Assembly: GCA_030704615.1 (NCBI GenBank)
Contig: CM060733.1
Coordinates: 19,654,001-19,718,000, forward strand
Source of the DNA: Takakia lepidozioides
Lineage: Eukaryota > Plantae > Bryophyta
Reading direction: 5' to 3'
DNA: 64,000 bases
Position 1 is the stretch's first letter. Each line of letters opens with the position of its first letter. The notes below the pieces were generated by a model. The model did no database searches. It was given only the letters and a program-made list of their open reading frames with translations, and was not told the DNA's origin. This document shows, in pieces, positions 10,830-23,943 of this stretch. A program made the position numbers and the translations under genes.

Positions 10830-13800
10830 AAACTTTATCTTTATCGGCTAGGACTACGCTTATCCACCGAGTTAAAGCAAGTGTGTGAGGTGGTGGGGTT
10901 CAATGGGGGTTCAATGGCCTCAGCTTACAAACCTCCGGCAGACTACCAGTCAAATATATTCCCCATTGGAAAGGTGGGAAGTGTTCTAATGGCAAAGGCA
11001 CAAGGAAACAACTCCGTTTATTTGAGGCCATACCCACATAGGACATTGCCCCTGCACACCTGGTCATTTGCAAGGCCCGCTGCACAATCCCACCTGACCT
11101 ACAACCACAAATCACCCACTCCATCTCAACAACCCGCCACCGATCCTGTTCCCGCTGTCACACATGCACTACAGCGTTTCTAATCAAGAAGGAACAGGTA
11201 AGGCCAAGCAAGGAGCCACTGTTCCACATCACAATGACCCAGCGATACGAAACAAAAGAGGAACAATTAAGACGTGGCAAAGAGCCATTGTGCCACATTA
11301 CAATGACCCAGCGATTTGAAAGGCCAAGAAATAGTCATAGCCTGAACAATTGGTCACCCAAGCCAATCTACCCTGCTCTGAACATATCACTACCGCGGCG
11401 GGGTAGCAAGCAGAGCTCAGATGACCGAATAGAAAGAATAATGAACCACCAACAACGCAACAAGGTGTCGAGCGCACAGGTCCTCTCTGCTCCCCCTCAA
11501 TGCTGGGATCCAACTCACTTAGCCATATTCCCTAGCCACTGCTCTGACTGGCTTAACCACCCTCCAATTATTACAGCACTTCATCACAAAGCCAATGTTA
11601 ATCAACCCCCCATACACAAGGCTAAAAATTCCTGCCACTTACCTAACCCCCCTGTCATAACACAACGCCATATCTCAAATTGTATGTCCGACCCCCCAAT
11701 CAGGCTGCTTCTCCACGGCAGCTGGCAACCCGTCACCACGACAAAACGCCTCGTGCAAACCTGGCACCCAGTGTCCCAACAACAAAAATCCCAAACACCA
11801 TTAGACACACATCGCACAACCCGCCAGACTTCATGCATAGGGACATACAGTTTTAATCAACCCCCCATACACAAGGCTACAGATCGCCACCATTTACCTA
11901 ACCCCCTTGTCACAACACAGCGCCATATCCCAAATCATCTGTCTGACCCCGCAATCGGTCTGTCTCTCTACGACAGCTCGCAACCCGTTACCACGCCAAA
12001 GCGCTTCGTGCACACCTGACACCCAGTGCCCCAACAACAAACTCCCAGAACATCAATAAACACCCCCCTCTAGCATAACCCGCCAGACTTCATGCACCTG
12101 GATACACACGCCGACTTCATGCCCCTACATGCCGACCTCATACCCTTGCCACCTAGAACAGACCACACACCATCGTTGCCCTAATTCGCTATGCATACAT
12201 AGCTGCGCCAGAATGGTGAGCCCCTGCAATCTCGCGCACAAGCCCAGACAGTTTAGATACTCAGCAAGTAGATACAAACTCCCACAACCAGCCCCCCCAA
12301 CATTGCCTGTCGTCCGGCTGCAGCACCCAACCCCCACCTGCCAAATGGCCAAATTTGAAGCGCGCCACATGTATACCCCATGTGTGCGTTTGGGTGGATC
12401 TCAAGATAGTCGTTACATATTGAGGGGATTGGGGAGATGGTGATGATTAGTGAGAAGAGAAGGTGTTGTTTAGGGTATGCGTGGAGTTTATGAGTGACGG
12501 CAGCTAATGATGGGTTTTGGCAGGCAAGGAGCCCAAAAAAAGGCTATTGGCTGTGTGGGTTGGCATGTATTAGTGGAAGAGCTGCGGAAAAAGGGGAGGA
12601 AGTGGTCATTTAGGTGTTGGTATGCAGGTACCAATGAGATGGTATCTTTTTGGAAGTATAATTCATATCTTTCTTGATGGCCCGTCCGAAGTCTGTTAAT
12701 GATGTCGGTGATGGTAGGGGGGCCCGGATTTGGGTGGATGTCTCCGCAGCATAAGAGTGTAAGCTATGTGCATGCAAGTTTATAGGTGTTATGATGAGAT
12801 GGCGGGTGATGATAGGAGTGTTTGGATGCAAATGGTTTGTATCGGTATCTGCCATGTGGGCAATGAGCGATGAGGTGGTTTTTGAGTAGCCAGGGGATAG
12901 GGGTATTTGGGTGGTGGGTAGTGTGGGAAGCTATGGAGGGGATGATTGTGACGGTATCGCAACAGACATGGGTGGAGCTGGCTCCTTGGATGTGGGTGGG
13001 GGGTGTTATTGTGGATAGAGTAGCGTAGGATCCTGCTTGGTTGCCATAAGAGGGGTTTATTGTGGGTTGATGATGGGTGGGGGGGGGGCAGATTTTGGGT
13101 GGGAAAGAGGGGGGCAGGTGGGTGAAACATTTAATTGTATGAGTTTGGGCAAGGGTGTGGGTGGGAGTACCTTCATCTAGATGAAGTGACGGTTGTGGGC
13201 GGCTAGGGTATGGGTGTAGAAAATTACCTCAGGGGGTGGGATGTAGCATTTAAATTGCGACATGTGCATGCATGTTAGATGAGGCAGCGAGGCTATGCTT
13301 TGAGATGGGCGGAGCCTGGGTGTGGCGGTCCGTAGGTATGGTGCGTTTCCATGGTAAAATATGAGGGGGTAGGCATATGGGAAAATAGGGTGAGTTTGGT
13401 GGTAATTGACTAGGGGTTTATGGCTGGTGGTGAGGGAATAATTTGTAGGTTGTATGGTGGGGTTTGTGAAGTAAGTGCGCGGATGAAGGGTGTCTAGCTT
13501 GGGCATGGATGACGGGGACTGCGAGTGGATGAAGTGACAGTTACGGATGGAAATAGGATGAAAATAGGATGAAGTGACAATTAAGGATGAAAATATCAGT
13601 GGGCGGATGTAGTGATAGTTGCGTGGGTCGAGGGTATGAACGTAGATCATAATCACGAATCCCTCCATTTGCTACAACCACACCTAGAGAAGTCCATCAA
13701 ATATTAGGCAACACCTAGCGCACACATCTACAAACGTACAGGAGCATGACAACATCGCACTAAGTTCCCATTCCTCTCTAAAAATATCCTCGATGCAACC

Positions 13801-13900
13801 CTCCAAACCAAAACAGACATCCCCGGATACCAGCCTAGGCCCATAACATCACCAACTATCCCACCCCCACTGCACCCACACAGCCTCACCTGAACCTCAC
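10830..13900 (+). mobile_element. Probable 5' region (UTR/ORF1-like) of the adjacent LINE, with internal repeats and an inverted block
   Basis: Same strong C/A-rich strand bias as LINE ORF2 and contiguous with it; 69-bp and 255-bp in-frame duplications; the bias flips at ~12370-13660. No recognisable protein domain. Confidence 0.45.
11598..12105 (+). repeat. Diverged tandem duplication, period 255 bp (85 codons)
   Basis: ttaatcaaccccccatacacaaggcta... at 11598 and 11853; NQPPIHKA...PVTT.KR.V repeated in ORF 11234-12019. Confidence 0.88.
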
Positions 13901-16519
13901 AACTAGGCCCCCCTCGCAACACCACGCCTACCGTCCCCTCCCAGCGCGCGCACTCACTCTGCATCACAACATGGAATGTAGGTGCACTTGCCACCAGTAT
14001 TCAAAGCCTAATACATCTCACAGAATCAACCCCACCACACATCATTCTACTACAAGAAACTCAACTCAACACAAACAGCCCTAATGGCTCTTATATCAAC
14101 AAACTCATCCCAGATTACTACATGTTGTATGGCAACGCGTACACAACGACACAATGCCTTACCAGACGTTCCGCACCATATCACCCCACCCGGGGTGGGG
14201 TTGCTTTTGGTATCCTCCGAACACATCACTCTCCTAGCACCACAATCAAGGTCCCCGTCAACCCCCCTCTCCGATCGTACCTCCAAATCATCAAACTATT
14301 GTTACCTGCGCTTCCCCCCATCACACTTATACACTTATACATGTCTTCTCACGTGGAGGATACCCCCCTGATCCCTGATATATTACACACCATCTCTAAC
14401 ACACTCACCCAGAACTTAACCCACCCTCAACACTTTATACTAGCAAGCGATTTCAACGGGGATATTGCCCTCATGGGGCACACATACAACGGCACGCACA
14501 AAACCCCATCCCCATCAGACCATGAATGGGCAAAATTTACTCAATCACACCATCTCTGCTACATAACCGTCGACCACCACTATTCTAGACAAGGAGGGCT
14601 CAACTACTCATCTTTAAGCCTACTAGATGGTTTCTACCTCAAAACACACAATGAGATCCCAACTCATCTCAATAGTCATGTCCATCTCAACAGTTTATGC
14701 AACTCAGACCACTATCCTGTTTCAATAACTTTCCCATCATCTCTCATCCCCTTCACTATTCCGACCGCGCACGCCCCCCTACCCCAAGCCAGAATCTTAT
14801 CCCCACTCCCACAACGTAACATAGCCGCCTTTCTAAAACCAATGTCCTTGCACCTCACATTGAAGCTCTCAGAAGTACTTACAGAAACCAACCTAGTGCA
14901 ATCTCCAGAAAAAACTTGGCTAGAATCTGAGGTCATACTCACGACTTTCATGCAAGAAATGACCAAAAGCGTCACTCAACGTGCTCTGCCCCACCTGAGA
15001 TCCCACAAACCACACGCTCCCAGCAAAATGGTGGCTACCTCACCCGTACGCAGAAACGAACATGGACGTCACATCTCAACACATACCACATGATTAGGCG
15101 TGCCCTCACTACCATACCTACCACTACCACTATACACCCCGGAAACAACTGGAGAACGGATCCCCGCGTCGCTTGCTTAAACGCCCTCACCACTTGTCAA
15201 ACACTCGTGCCCCCACCTAATAACCCCCACGAAATCCCTAACTGGATAGTTGCTCTCTCCAAAATTGGGAGAGAGGCCAAGAAAGCCACATATAACATCA
15301 CCAAACAGAAAGTTGCCGCCAACCACAAAAAGTTTGTCTCCTCCTTTAATCAACTTCTCCATGATCACCCTAAAAAAGCCCACAAAGCCATCTTCAATCC
15401 CACCCTTAACCCACCTATTGATTGCCTCAAGCACCGGCTTGGCCACCTACTAACCGACCCAAATGATATCAACCTAGAAATATGGTCACAAACATCCTCC
15501 ACCTACACACCTACAGTTACCAACTGCTTACACCCCACTCTTCATACTGCCCATTGCATGTGTAAAGCTAAACACTACCCATGGCATGACATAGACGGCT
15601 TTTCAATAGACAACAGAGGCTCCTCTACAGATCGTATCCTCGATCTCTTCACAATCGATCTTTATGAATCCTGTCTCAAGAAACTATCCAAATCTAAAGC
15701 CCCAGGCCCTGATTCGATACCTAATGCTATACTTCAAGCACTAGACCCTCAACTCCATCACCTTATTTTCAAATTCTTCCAACTATGTTACAAACTACAA
15801 CGAATCCCACACACTTGGAAGCACAACCGTACAATTCTTCTTTGTTAAAAAGGCGACCCAATCGATCTTAGCAACTATAGGCCTATAGCGCTAGCCAATA
15901 CCATATACAAGTTATTTACCAGCACGCTCACCACAATGTTGTCAAGCTATGGCAAACAACACCGCATCCTAAGTGATCCCCAAGAGGGTTTCTGAGCTAC
16001 ACGCAGTACAACCCGGCAAATACAATACGTCCTCTCCGCTCTCGAAGATGCTAAACTTACAAAGCAAGATATATATCTCATATATATTGACTTTAAGAAC
16101 ACTTTTGGATCCCTAGACCACGCAAGATTACTCGCTATTATGAGTGACCTTGGATACCTCATTGACGCCGTCTGACTCATAGGCAACATCTACACCGGCA
16201 GTACAATTGAGTACTTTGGTGCATATTATGGGTCCACCCCACCTATTCCCATACTACGAGGTACTATCCAAGATGACACCTTAAGCCCCTATCTATTCAT
16301 TATCTTCCTGGAACCTCTACTCAGATGGCTAGCTCGTGGAAAGCTCGGGTATCAATACAAAACATCCTCAAGTGACATCTCAACTGCAGCATATGCAGAT
16401 GATCTCGCCATCCTTGCACATAAACCGCAGCACCTCAATCGACAAGTAACCAAATTATTTAGATTCAACCAATGGTCAGGCATGGAGCTAAGTCTGCACA
16501 AATGTGCTATCACAGCCGC
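13900..16519 (+). mobile_element. Decayed non-LTR retrotransposon (LINE) ORF2: APE endonuclease + reverse transcriptase, 3' truncated
   Basis: ITTWNV, ILLQET, ASDFN, SDHYPV (APE); KAPGPDSIPN, NYRPIALANTIYKLF, QEGF, YIDFKNTF, RGTIQDDTLSPYLF, AYADDLAI (RT). Several stops and frameshifts. Confidence 0.93.
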
Positions 16520-19095
16520 CCAACGACGCAATGGCGTGAGCGTACGCTCACGCCAGCTGACGTGGCGTGAGCCTGCACACACGCTGACGTGGCGTGAGCG
16601 TCATGTCAGCATGCTGATGTGGCGGTATATGATGACATGGCACTGTCCGTCATCTGCCACGTCACCATTAACATGCGCCGCCTATAACCGTGGATGGTCC
16701 TATGACCGTGGAATTAATGCAGGGAATCTTGCCTAAATAGAATCAAGACGAGCATTGAGGCCTACAATTGCAGCATCCAACAGTGTGCAATTACAAATGC
16801 TTGTTTCACTTTTACAATTACGAGGACGACAAAATATCCTCACAAAGTGTGCGCCATAAAGGCTGCCACGGGAAGACCTTCCTCCCTCCTCAAATAACAA
16901 TGAGAGTTAGGATCATCTTCAAAAGATGATTGTAGTGCATAGCAACAGCAAGACATGTAGACTTCGAACGGTGCAATGACAAATGTGCACTACCTTAAAG
17001 TTGTCACTCAGAGCTGACTCCGTATAGTTGGAGGCCATATCATTGCACAGCCGACGAATTGATGTGAATTACACATTTCAAATCATGGTCATCCACATAC
17101 CACATTACATAGTTCATGCTACCCATGTGTTGTATCCCGCTGCAAAAGAGTATCGACCTCGTTGAAACTCATAGTGGCCTGGTGAATGAAGTTGTCACGT
17201 TTGGGATCGCAAACCATCCTCCTCAAAAATATGAAATACAAATGTTTGCAGGGTATGAATTTACCTCTCTTGCCCAAACTGGTTGATAGCATATTCACAA
17301 AATCAGGACATGTGCAATTGGGGAAATTAGAAACCGTGATGTCGTAGGTCCTGTCATGAACAGCAGATGTGGAAGTGATGATTGTGAATACCCGACCATA
17401 TCCTGGATCGGGTACTTCCGTGGTGCTTCCAACACAAGCTTGGAGCATTCTTGCGGACTCCACTTTGCCAAAGTGTTCAGCGGTTGGAGGGAAACGCCGA
17501 ACGAGCTTTCCATCTCGTTTGGTTGGCCACAAGTCAGGATTTGCCGGGGGGACCTGGGAGGACGCAGAAGTAGTAGCACATGCATGGAGTTGGGGTTGTC
17601 TCGCAAGGGAAAAACCTGCCTCCTCCAGCATTTCAATCTCCTGAAAGCTGAGATGTGTTCCCACCTTCACGGGCCAAACGGTTGGACGAGTTGGCTTCAT
17701 CACTACGGAAGGACGCACAGTTCCATGCACACATCTGGCACAATCATCTGCGCAGAACCAGAACTTGTGGTTCTTGGCTTCTGGTTGACCGTATGGACGC
17801 ATCAAGCCCGTGAAAGTCGGAGCAGGAGTTCGGGCACCACCTCTGGATATAGATGAAGTGCACTTCTCGAAATTAGTTGCCCTGATCGCTGTACATTTCA
17901 CACAAGACCCTACACTTGTGCGTTCTATGTGCCAAACGTGGTCGGGGCATGCGGACTCAAGCACATCAAGGGGGTTGTTTCTCTCCTGCACCATTTCAGT
18001 GGCACTGTTTGATGTTGGAGCTTGCCGTCGTGTTGGAGGTTCCTCCACAATGGAGGTTCCGGACATGGAGCTGTCATGCAGGGGAACACGAGGCTTCGAG
18101 AAGTTATCACGGTCTGCCCTGTGGGAATCTGAATCCGAACCAGGTGGAGTGTTCAATTTCCTCTTACAGGAGCCGAATCTCTCCTCCCCTTCAAGATGTG
18201 GAACTCTAGAAACAAGTGGCGTTCCCTGGGCATACATGCTCACCGCCCGTGCTATCTTGATTGGATCCCCAGATCTGTTTGCAGCATGCAACATCAACTC
18301 CCATTTGTCCGGACCCTTGCCACCAACCCCACCTCGTAAGAAATCACGGTATCGGGTTTGTTGTTGCAAGGCACGTATCAAATCATCTGTTGTTGCCACA
18401 TACAAATCCCGACTTCGTTTCCAGACTGCTGCAACCATGCGTTGTGCACAGTTTCTGCCAAATTGCAAAATGGCATGTCCACCATTTCCTCAATGGACAT
18501 GTTCTGTAAAGAGGATAACCACACTTCAGAACAGTGCACAGGAAACAACATAAAGAAAGCAATGAGTCAAAAATATGGAAAGCAAATGTATGAATAAAGC
18601 ATGAAATAGAAGCCTCGTACCATTGTCATGGTTGCTCCCCACTGTCTATACCGGAAGTGCCAAAACGCCAGCCAATCTTCCAATGCTCTCATACTCTCAA
18701 GTGATGCAGCTCCAGAAGAGAACCACCAGGCACGAATTATCTGGAACAAAGTGTCCGCCTCCTTCATTGTTCTAGCATCTTTGTACTCTTTGCACATTTT
18801 ACGGTGCTGAGTCTGCATCTCTGGTTTGATGTCCGACTTTGTATGTTTTTCCAGAGATTGTGTCCAATGGAACAGACATGTACGCTCTCTTCCTGGCATA
18901 GGCACTTTTGGGTTGCCCGATCCAAAGACAATACGAACAGTATTGAAATTTGCTTGAGCACTATCCGCCATGAAACCTGCGAAATTTGGAGATGGCAGCC
19001 CATGACACGTATCAGGGAATTCCACATGAGCTTCTGGGATTCCGTATCCTCGGATTGCATGTCACAAACTGCAATTGTCATAACTCGTTGGTAGT
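16520..19095 (-). mobile_element. 5'-truncated Mutator-like (MULE) DNA transposon: transposase with SWIM zinc finger
   Basis: FMADSAQANF...RERTCLFHWTQS (MULE core, 19081-18620); intron; CNLAETVHNAWLQQSG then a frameshift near 18420; C-terminal SWIM YDITV...CTCPDF...CKHLYF (stop at 17119). GC-rich terminus at 16520-16680 with repeated GCTGACGTGGCG. Confidence 0.8.
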
Positions 19096-19478
19096 TTAGG
19101 GTCTAGTATTGGGTATCTAGTATTGTCATGGGCTGTGGATTATACTATGCTGCTTGTTTTCTGGCACGTTATCACATTGAGCAGCAGAAGATGCAATCAC
19201 GATTTCTGAGTTATTCCAGTGGGGATCATTGGGTCTTACCTTCAGTGCCACCTCATATGTACCTATATGATGCAAAAGTTATGCAGAAGCATTCCCAACT
19301 TCGTTCATGGTTTAATTCGGCTTGGAACAATTTGGCAACACAGAAATTCGGCCCTGAGGATATTTTCTTTAAGGGACATGAAGCCTGGAAATACTTACAC
19401 TGTTCCAAAGTCATTGGCACACCTCTCACCTATACGGCTAAGGAGTTCAGGACGGAGCAGGGTAGAGTTTGGGTCCAG

Positions 19479-20545
19479 ATTCATCCAAGAGGGCCGGATT
19501 TCAAGCTCAAGATTACCTATGATACCATGTGGATCCATTACTGCAAAAAACCTGCATGGGTAGATGGTCAACTGGAAGTCGCAGTAGCGGCGACACAATT
19601 TGATAAAACCAGGCACTGCTAATGAAGGTACATTCTTCAACACATTTCACCCTGTTTTTCCTTCTTATCAGAATCGGCCCTAAAATTCCATGTTGAGTTC
19701 TGCAAGTTAGCTGGTTAAGTGAATCTTTGATAGTTTGCAGTGACTTTGACATGATACTGCCAACGCGGCAACAGGAAAGTATCCAAAAACATGTAACAGA
19801 GATGAGGAGTAGCTGTGGAATGAATACTTTTCTGATCCCAGTCAATGGTGGGACAACCAATGCCTGTTACATTACAGAGGGTATCAGGTGCAATTCAGCA
19901 TAGGAACTAGTGTGATAAACTGAGTTGGGTATTTCCTAGAACAAATATAGGCTGTCATTATTAGCTGCAAGACAAGGATGTATGCATGATTTGTACAGAG
20001 GCAGTGATAGTTGAAGGGGCTAGAGTGTGGCTCCAGATTCATCCAAGAGGGCCAGATTTCAAGCACAAGATTACCTATGATTCCCTGTGGATCAATAGCT
20101 ACAAAAAACCTGCATGGGTAGATGGTCGACTAAAGGCAAGTGCTGCAGCTGATAAAATTAGGCACTTCAACCATGACCACAACTTCTGAAAGAGGATCAA
20201 GAGAGGGAGTCCACAATGCCTCTTTTGGCACTTCTGGGCATGTGAAGATGCTTTGTGAGGCAGACAGACTGAAAGAGGCTCTACAGACTATAAACCAAGG
20301 AGGCATTTCAGCAGATTCAGATACGTATGTCTCTCTCTTGCTTAAGTGCATCAAGACGAAAGGTCTCAGATCAAATGATGGGGGAAGGGGTGAAACCCAA
20401 CCACATCACGTTTTTGTGCATGTGCAATACATGTGCAAGCCTGGCACCCCTGGAAAAGGCAAAGAGGTGCATGGTTGCATCGCGAAAGCTGGAATTGTAC
20501 CAGATGTAATTCTGAACAATACCCTCGTGGACATGTATGCTAGTA
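19479..20545 (+). pseudogene. Decayed paralogue of the PDF-motif + PLS-PPR gene
   Basis: cag|IHPRGPDFKLKITYDTMW...PAWV (19479); RDEE*LWNEYFSDPSQWWDN (~19800-19858, in-frame TAG); cag|IHPRGPDFKHKITYDSLW...PAWV (20037); frameshift into LCEADRLKEAL...DTYVSLL..C; deletion; GVKPNHITF...GKEVH..IAKAGIVPD.ILNNTLVDMYA; then truncated. Confidence 0.88.
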
Positions 20546-23159
20546 ACTGTTGTTTGGATAATTAGTATTGTTTTCCTGATTGGTTCCTGTAGCAAGAAAT
20601 ACATATAGTCTTCACTTGGCACCAGCTTCATGAGGTGGGCTTACTGGAAGATGAATCAAGCTTGGAATTGTCAATCTGGATGGTCCATTGTTTTGTATTT
20701 TCTGCCTATGTCTTCTCCTTAAACCCTATGGTTAGGGGCACTGGTGTGGGCTGTTGTGTCTAAGAAGTTTGGACCAGCTTTGCTTGCTAGTCCAAATGGA
20801 ATTAAGCCTTGTAGGCTTATATTGTTTCTTTCATGAAGCTCTGCAAGTCATGCTAATTGCAATTAAAACGATTCTGCTATGGGGTTTTGTTGCAGTACTG
20901 AGATTGGATTTTTTTTTTTTTTCTCTTAGGGTTTGTAGAAATATTGGAGCAAAAGGCATCAGGGCACCCCTTAGAGAATGTCCCTGTGCTCTTGCCCCCC
21001 GACTCATGGCTCAGCCCTTTCCCACCCCCCTGTGAGTTCCAGTATCCACAGTTATGAATGCTAATTTGAAAGTAGTGCGCTTGGCATGCTCTGTTTGTCA
21101 TTGGCAGTTTTTAAAATAATTCCAGTAGTGATCTTTTGTGTGGCCAGATCATTCTCATATCCTGCCAAAGAACTCGCATATCAATCATGTAATAGATCTG
21201 AGAATGGTCTTTTACTGCTTTTGGGAGGGGGGCAGCCCACAAGAGAGACACCAAACGGGCCGAGTATGATAGCTGACGTAGGTCCTCATTTGATATGTGG
21301 CTTGTTGCTGGATGGGTATCTTTGTGGCACACACATACATTGTTTCTAACATGATGTATCTGCTGTAACTAGGTTGGCTACTATCTCAAAGACTGATGCC
21401 AACCAATAATAGATGGGTCTACCAGGGCTGCATGCGTAGTCAGGTCTATTTTCTACCCTGTTCACTGATCGTTGGAATCTCCAACACGGTCCCGTGTTAA
21501 GCCTCATGGCAATATGTAAGGGTTTCCCTTTTTAATAAATTCCCAGGGCCTCTCGTCCCTTTAAATAAATAAATAAATATATCATACATCAATATTTAAT
21601 TCATACATCAAGAAGTTCTACCAGGGCCTCTATATGAAGAAATAAATAAATAATTTTTTTCTTATGTAAAACATGTTTAAAATATAATTTAAATATGTGA
21701 TTAGTTCATTTTAATATAATATTTTAAGGAAATTTTGTACTTAAGAGTTTTAGGGTGGAGCCATTACGCGACTAGCCGCTTGTTATTTTAGGGCACTATA
21801 AATTCTGGTGTTTCTCCCTAACCCCCTTCAGGATTCACTGTCATCCACTGTCATCCATGAAATGTTGGTTCACGTCGTCGTTTAGGGGTTAAGGTATTGA
21901 GGTTTTAAAACTTAGGGCCCTGCCAAACCTGGCTGCTAAGTGGCCTGCTAAATAAGCTAGGTAGCAGCCGTTAACTGCATGGTGGTACGGCCGCAGCTGA
22001 ACGTTAAGGACCCCACTAATTGGTTAGCAGGCTCCTAGCAGCGATAATGACGAGTGACTCCTCCGACATTTAACAGCTCCTCCCCCCAAGGTGTTTAATC
22101 CCGGTCACCTGCCAAAAATCGGGCAGTTGTTGTGCTTGCGATTCGTCCCCCTCCTGCGCGCACCAAGGTAGGTATGCCCAGCTTCAGCTCTGTTTCCCTC
22201 TTGTCTCTCCCCTTCTCCCTCCCTGCCTCCTCTCTCAATCCTCCCTCAATCCCTCTCATTATCTTGTTGTTGTTGTTGTTGTTGTTTCTTTTTTTTTTTT
22301 CCTTTTTTTGGTTGGTTGTTTGAGTGTTCACGGGGTGGGTGGTGGGTGGTTGCACGGCAGGGAGCGCGGGGCGGGAGCGAGCAAGTCACCGCAGCAACAA
22401 GCCTTCCCAGCAGGTAGGCATCCCTCTCTTGCTTGTGGGACTGTATTTCGGAAACTACTGGGGATTGGCCTCCAGGTATGAATCCAAGCAGACACTTATG
22501 GACTGACAAACACACCTTGGTGAGGTATTTGATTAGTTCAGATTCAGAAACCTTATTTGCAAGACTCGACATGAACTGGGCAAAGTTTGTTTTTTGGTCA
22601 CTGATAAGGGCCCTCAACTGGTCATCAATATGACCAGGTCCTACTGGTTCAAGTTGTAGTGAATATGTAAGATCACCTTGACTGCCTTCACATCCAACCA
22701 CTGTTTTTTTGTAGTATTGATGGTTGCTGACCCCTTGCCAGTGTTGGAATCAAACTTAGACAGCTCTGATACGGGATTGCAGGTATCACTGAAGGCATAG
22801 GGATGTGATCTCATCTAAAGAATGCCTTGTGCCTTGAGTGTGCCTTGCCCTGATATGCTTTGACCACTTCGGTCTCACATGTGTTTGAGAGAGAGACAGA
22901 GCCTTCCTAAGTATAGCTGTGTACCAGTTGATGGTGGATCTGTGCTTGTCAGTTGCAAAATAAAGTTCTGCCACTTAATTTAGAGGGAAGCTGTTGTCAC
23001 ATCGTTTCCAGAGAGAGCACACATCGATAGTTCAGTGGTTAGGGCCTGATGATCGATACTCTGCGTCAATCCTTTCTCAGAGGGTTTGCTACATTGTCGA
23101 CTCTGCTGCAAGCAGCAGATTTCCTTGCTAATTTGTATAGAGGACTTGTAACTCAGTAG

Positions 23160-23530
23160 GGAAAATCCCCCAGTTGGACTGTGGCGGCCTTCAAAAAGGC
23201 AATTGAAGGTTATGCTGGTTCTATCTGCATCATTCTGAGAGACGAGAGACAAGAGCTATGTTTTCGGTGCTTGGGACATGATCTTGTTCATCACGAGAGG
23301 GTTCAGGTCTGGGACATAGGATTTCATTCTATTTCGATTGATTGGGTTTTGTGCATTGTTTGATTATCCAGACAGATGCAAGACAGCTAGCGGTGGATGC
23401 ATTTCGATCTTATGTACGTGCCTATGCTGCTCACCGTGGAGACTTAAAAGTCCATTTTCCAGGTCCGGAAACTGCATCTTGGGCATGTGGCAAAGAGCTT
23501 TGGCTTGCGAAGTGCACCAGTTGTGCTGAA
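23160..23530 (+). pseudogene. Fragment of DEAD-box RNA helicase (RH17/DBP7/DDX31-type C-terminal extension), frameshifted
   Basis: cag|[26 protein letters not shown]/(+1)/[23 protein letters not shown] at ~23372-23520. No helicase core motifs nearby. Confidence 0.75.
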
Positions 23531-23943
23531 GCCAAGCCCGCGGCCTCGGCGTTCATGGGTTAAAGCAAGCACGGACTGTGTCCAGAAGGGGTTGGGAGGG
23601 GAGGTCTCTCTCAATGTTTCAAGCTGCGCAAGAATGGTTTGGAGGTCCATCAGCAAGTCATAAGTGGGATAAGAGGCGAAGAAGGCACAAACATGGTGAG
23701 GTAAAGAAGAGAAGGATAAAGTGAACAATCTGCCCAAGGATAATGGGGCTAAGGGGCAAGGGCAAGGGTTGGCCCATGGGTGCTAAGCTGTGTCTGGCTT
23801 AAGACATCTCTCCTCCTCTCTCTTTCTCTATGCACACACAAGCATTGATAAGAAAATCGTCAGCTAGCTGGTGAAGCCACAGCCGCCAACCATGTGGACA
23901 TCCAGGTTTTGAATATGTGATTGAAGTAGCTTGACGTGTGCAG

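Noticed and set aside
17295-18553. Several overlapping ORFs, mostly + strand (e.g. 17810-18553)
   Set aside because: Antisense or alternate-frame shadows of the MULE transposase.
19096-19102. Telomeric TTTAGGG at the MULE truncation point
   Set aside because: A single heptamer is expected by chance; no array.
23892-23943. ATG at 23892 as CPI1 start
   Set aside because: Needs a 38-nt intron and gives the wrong phase for the 23944 exon.
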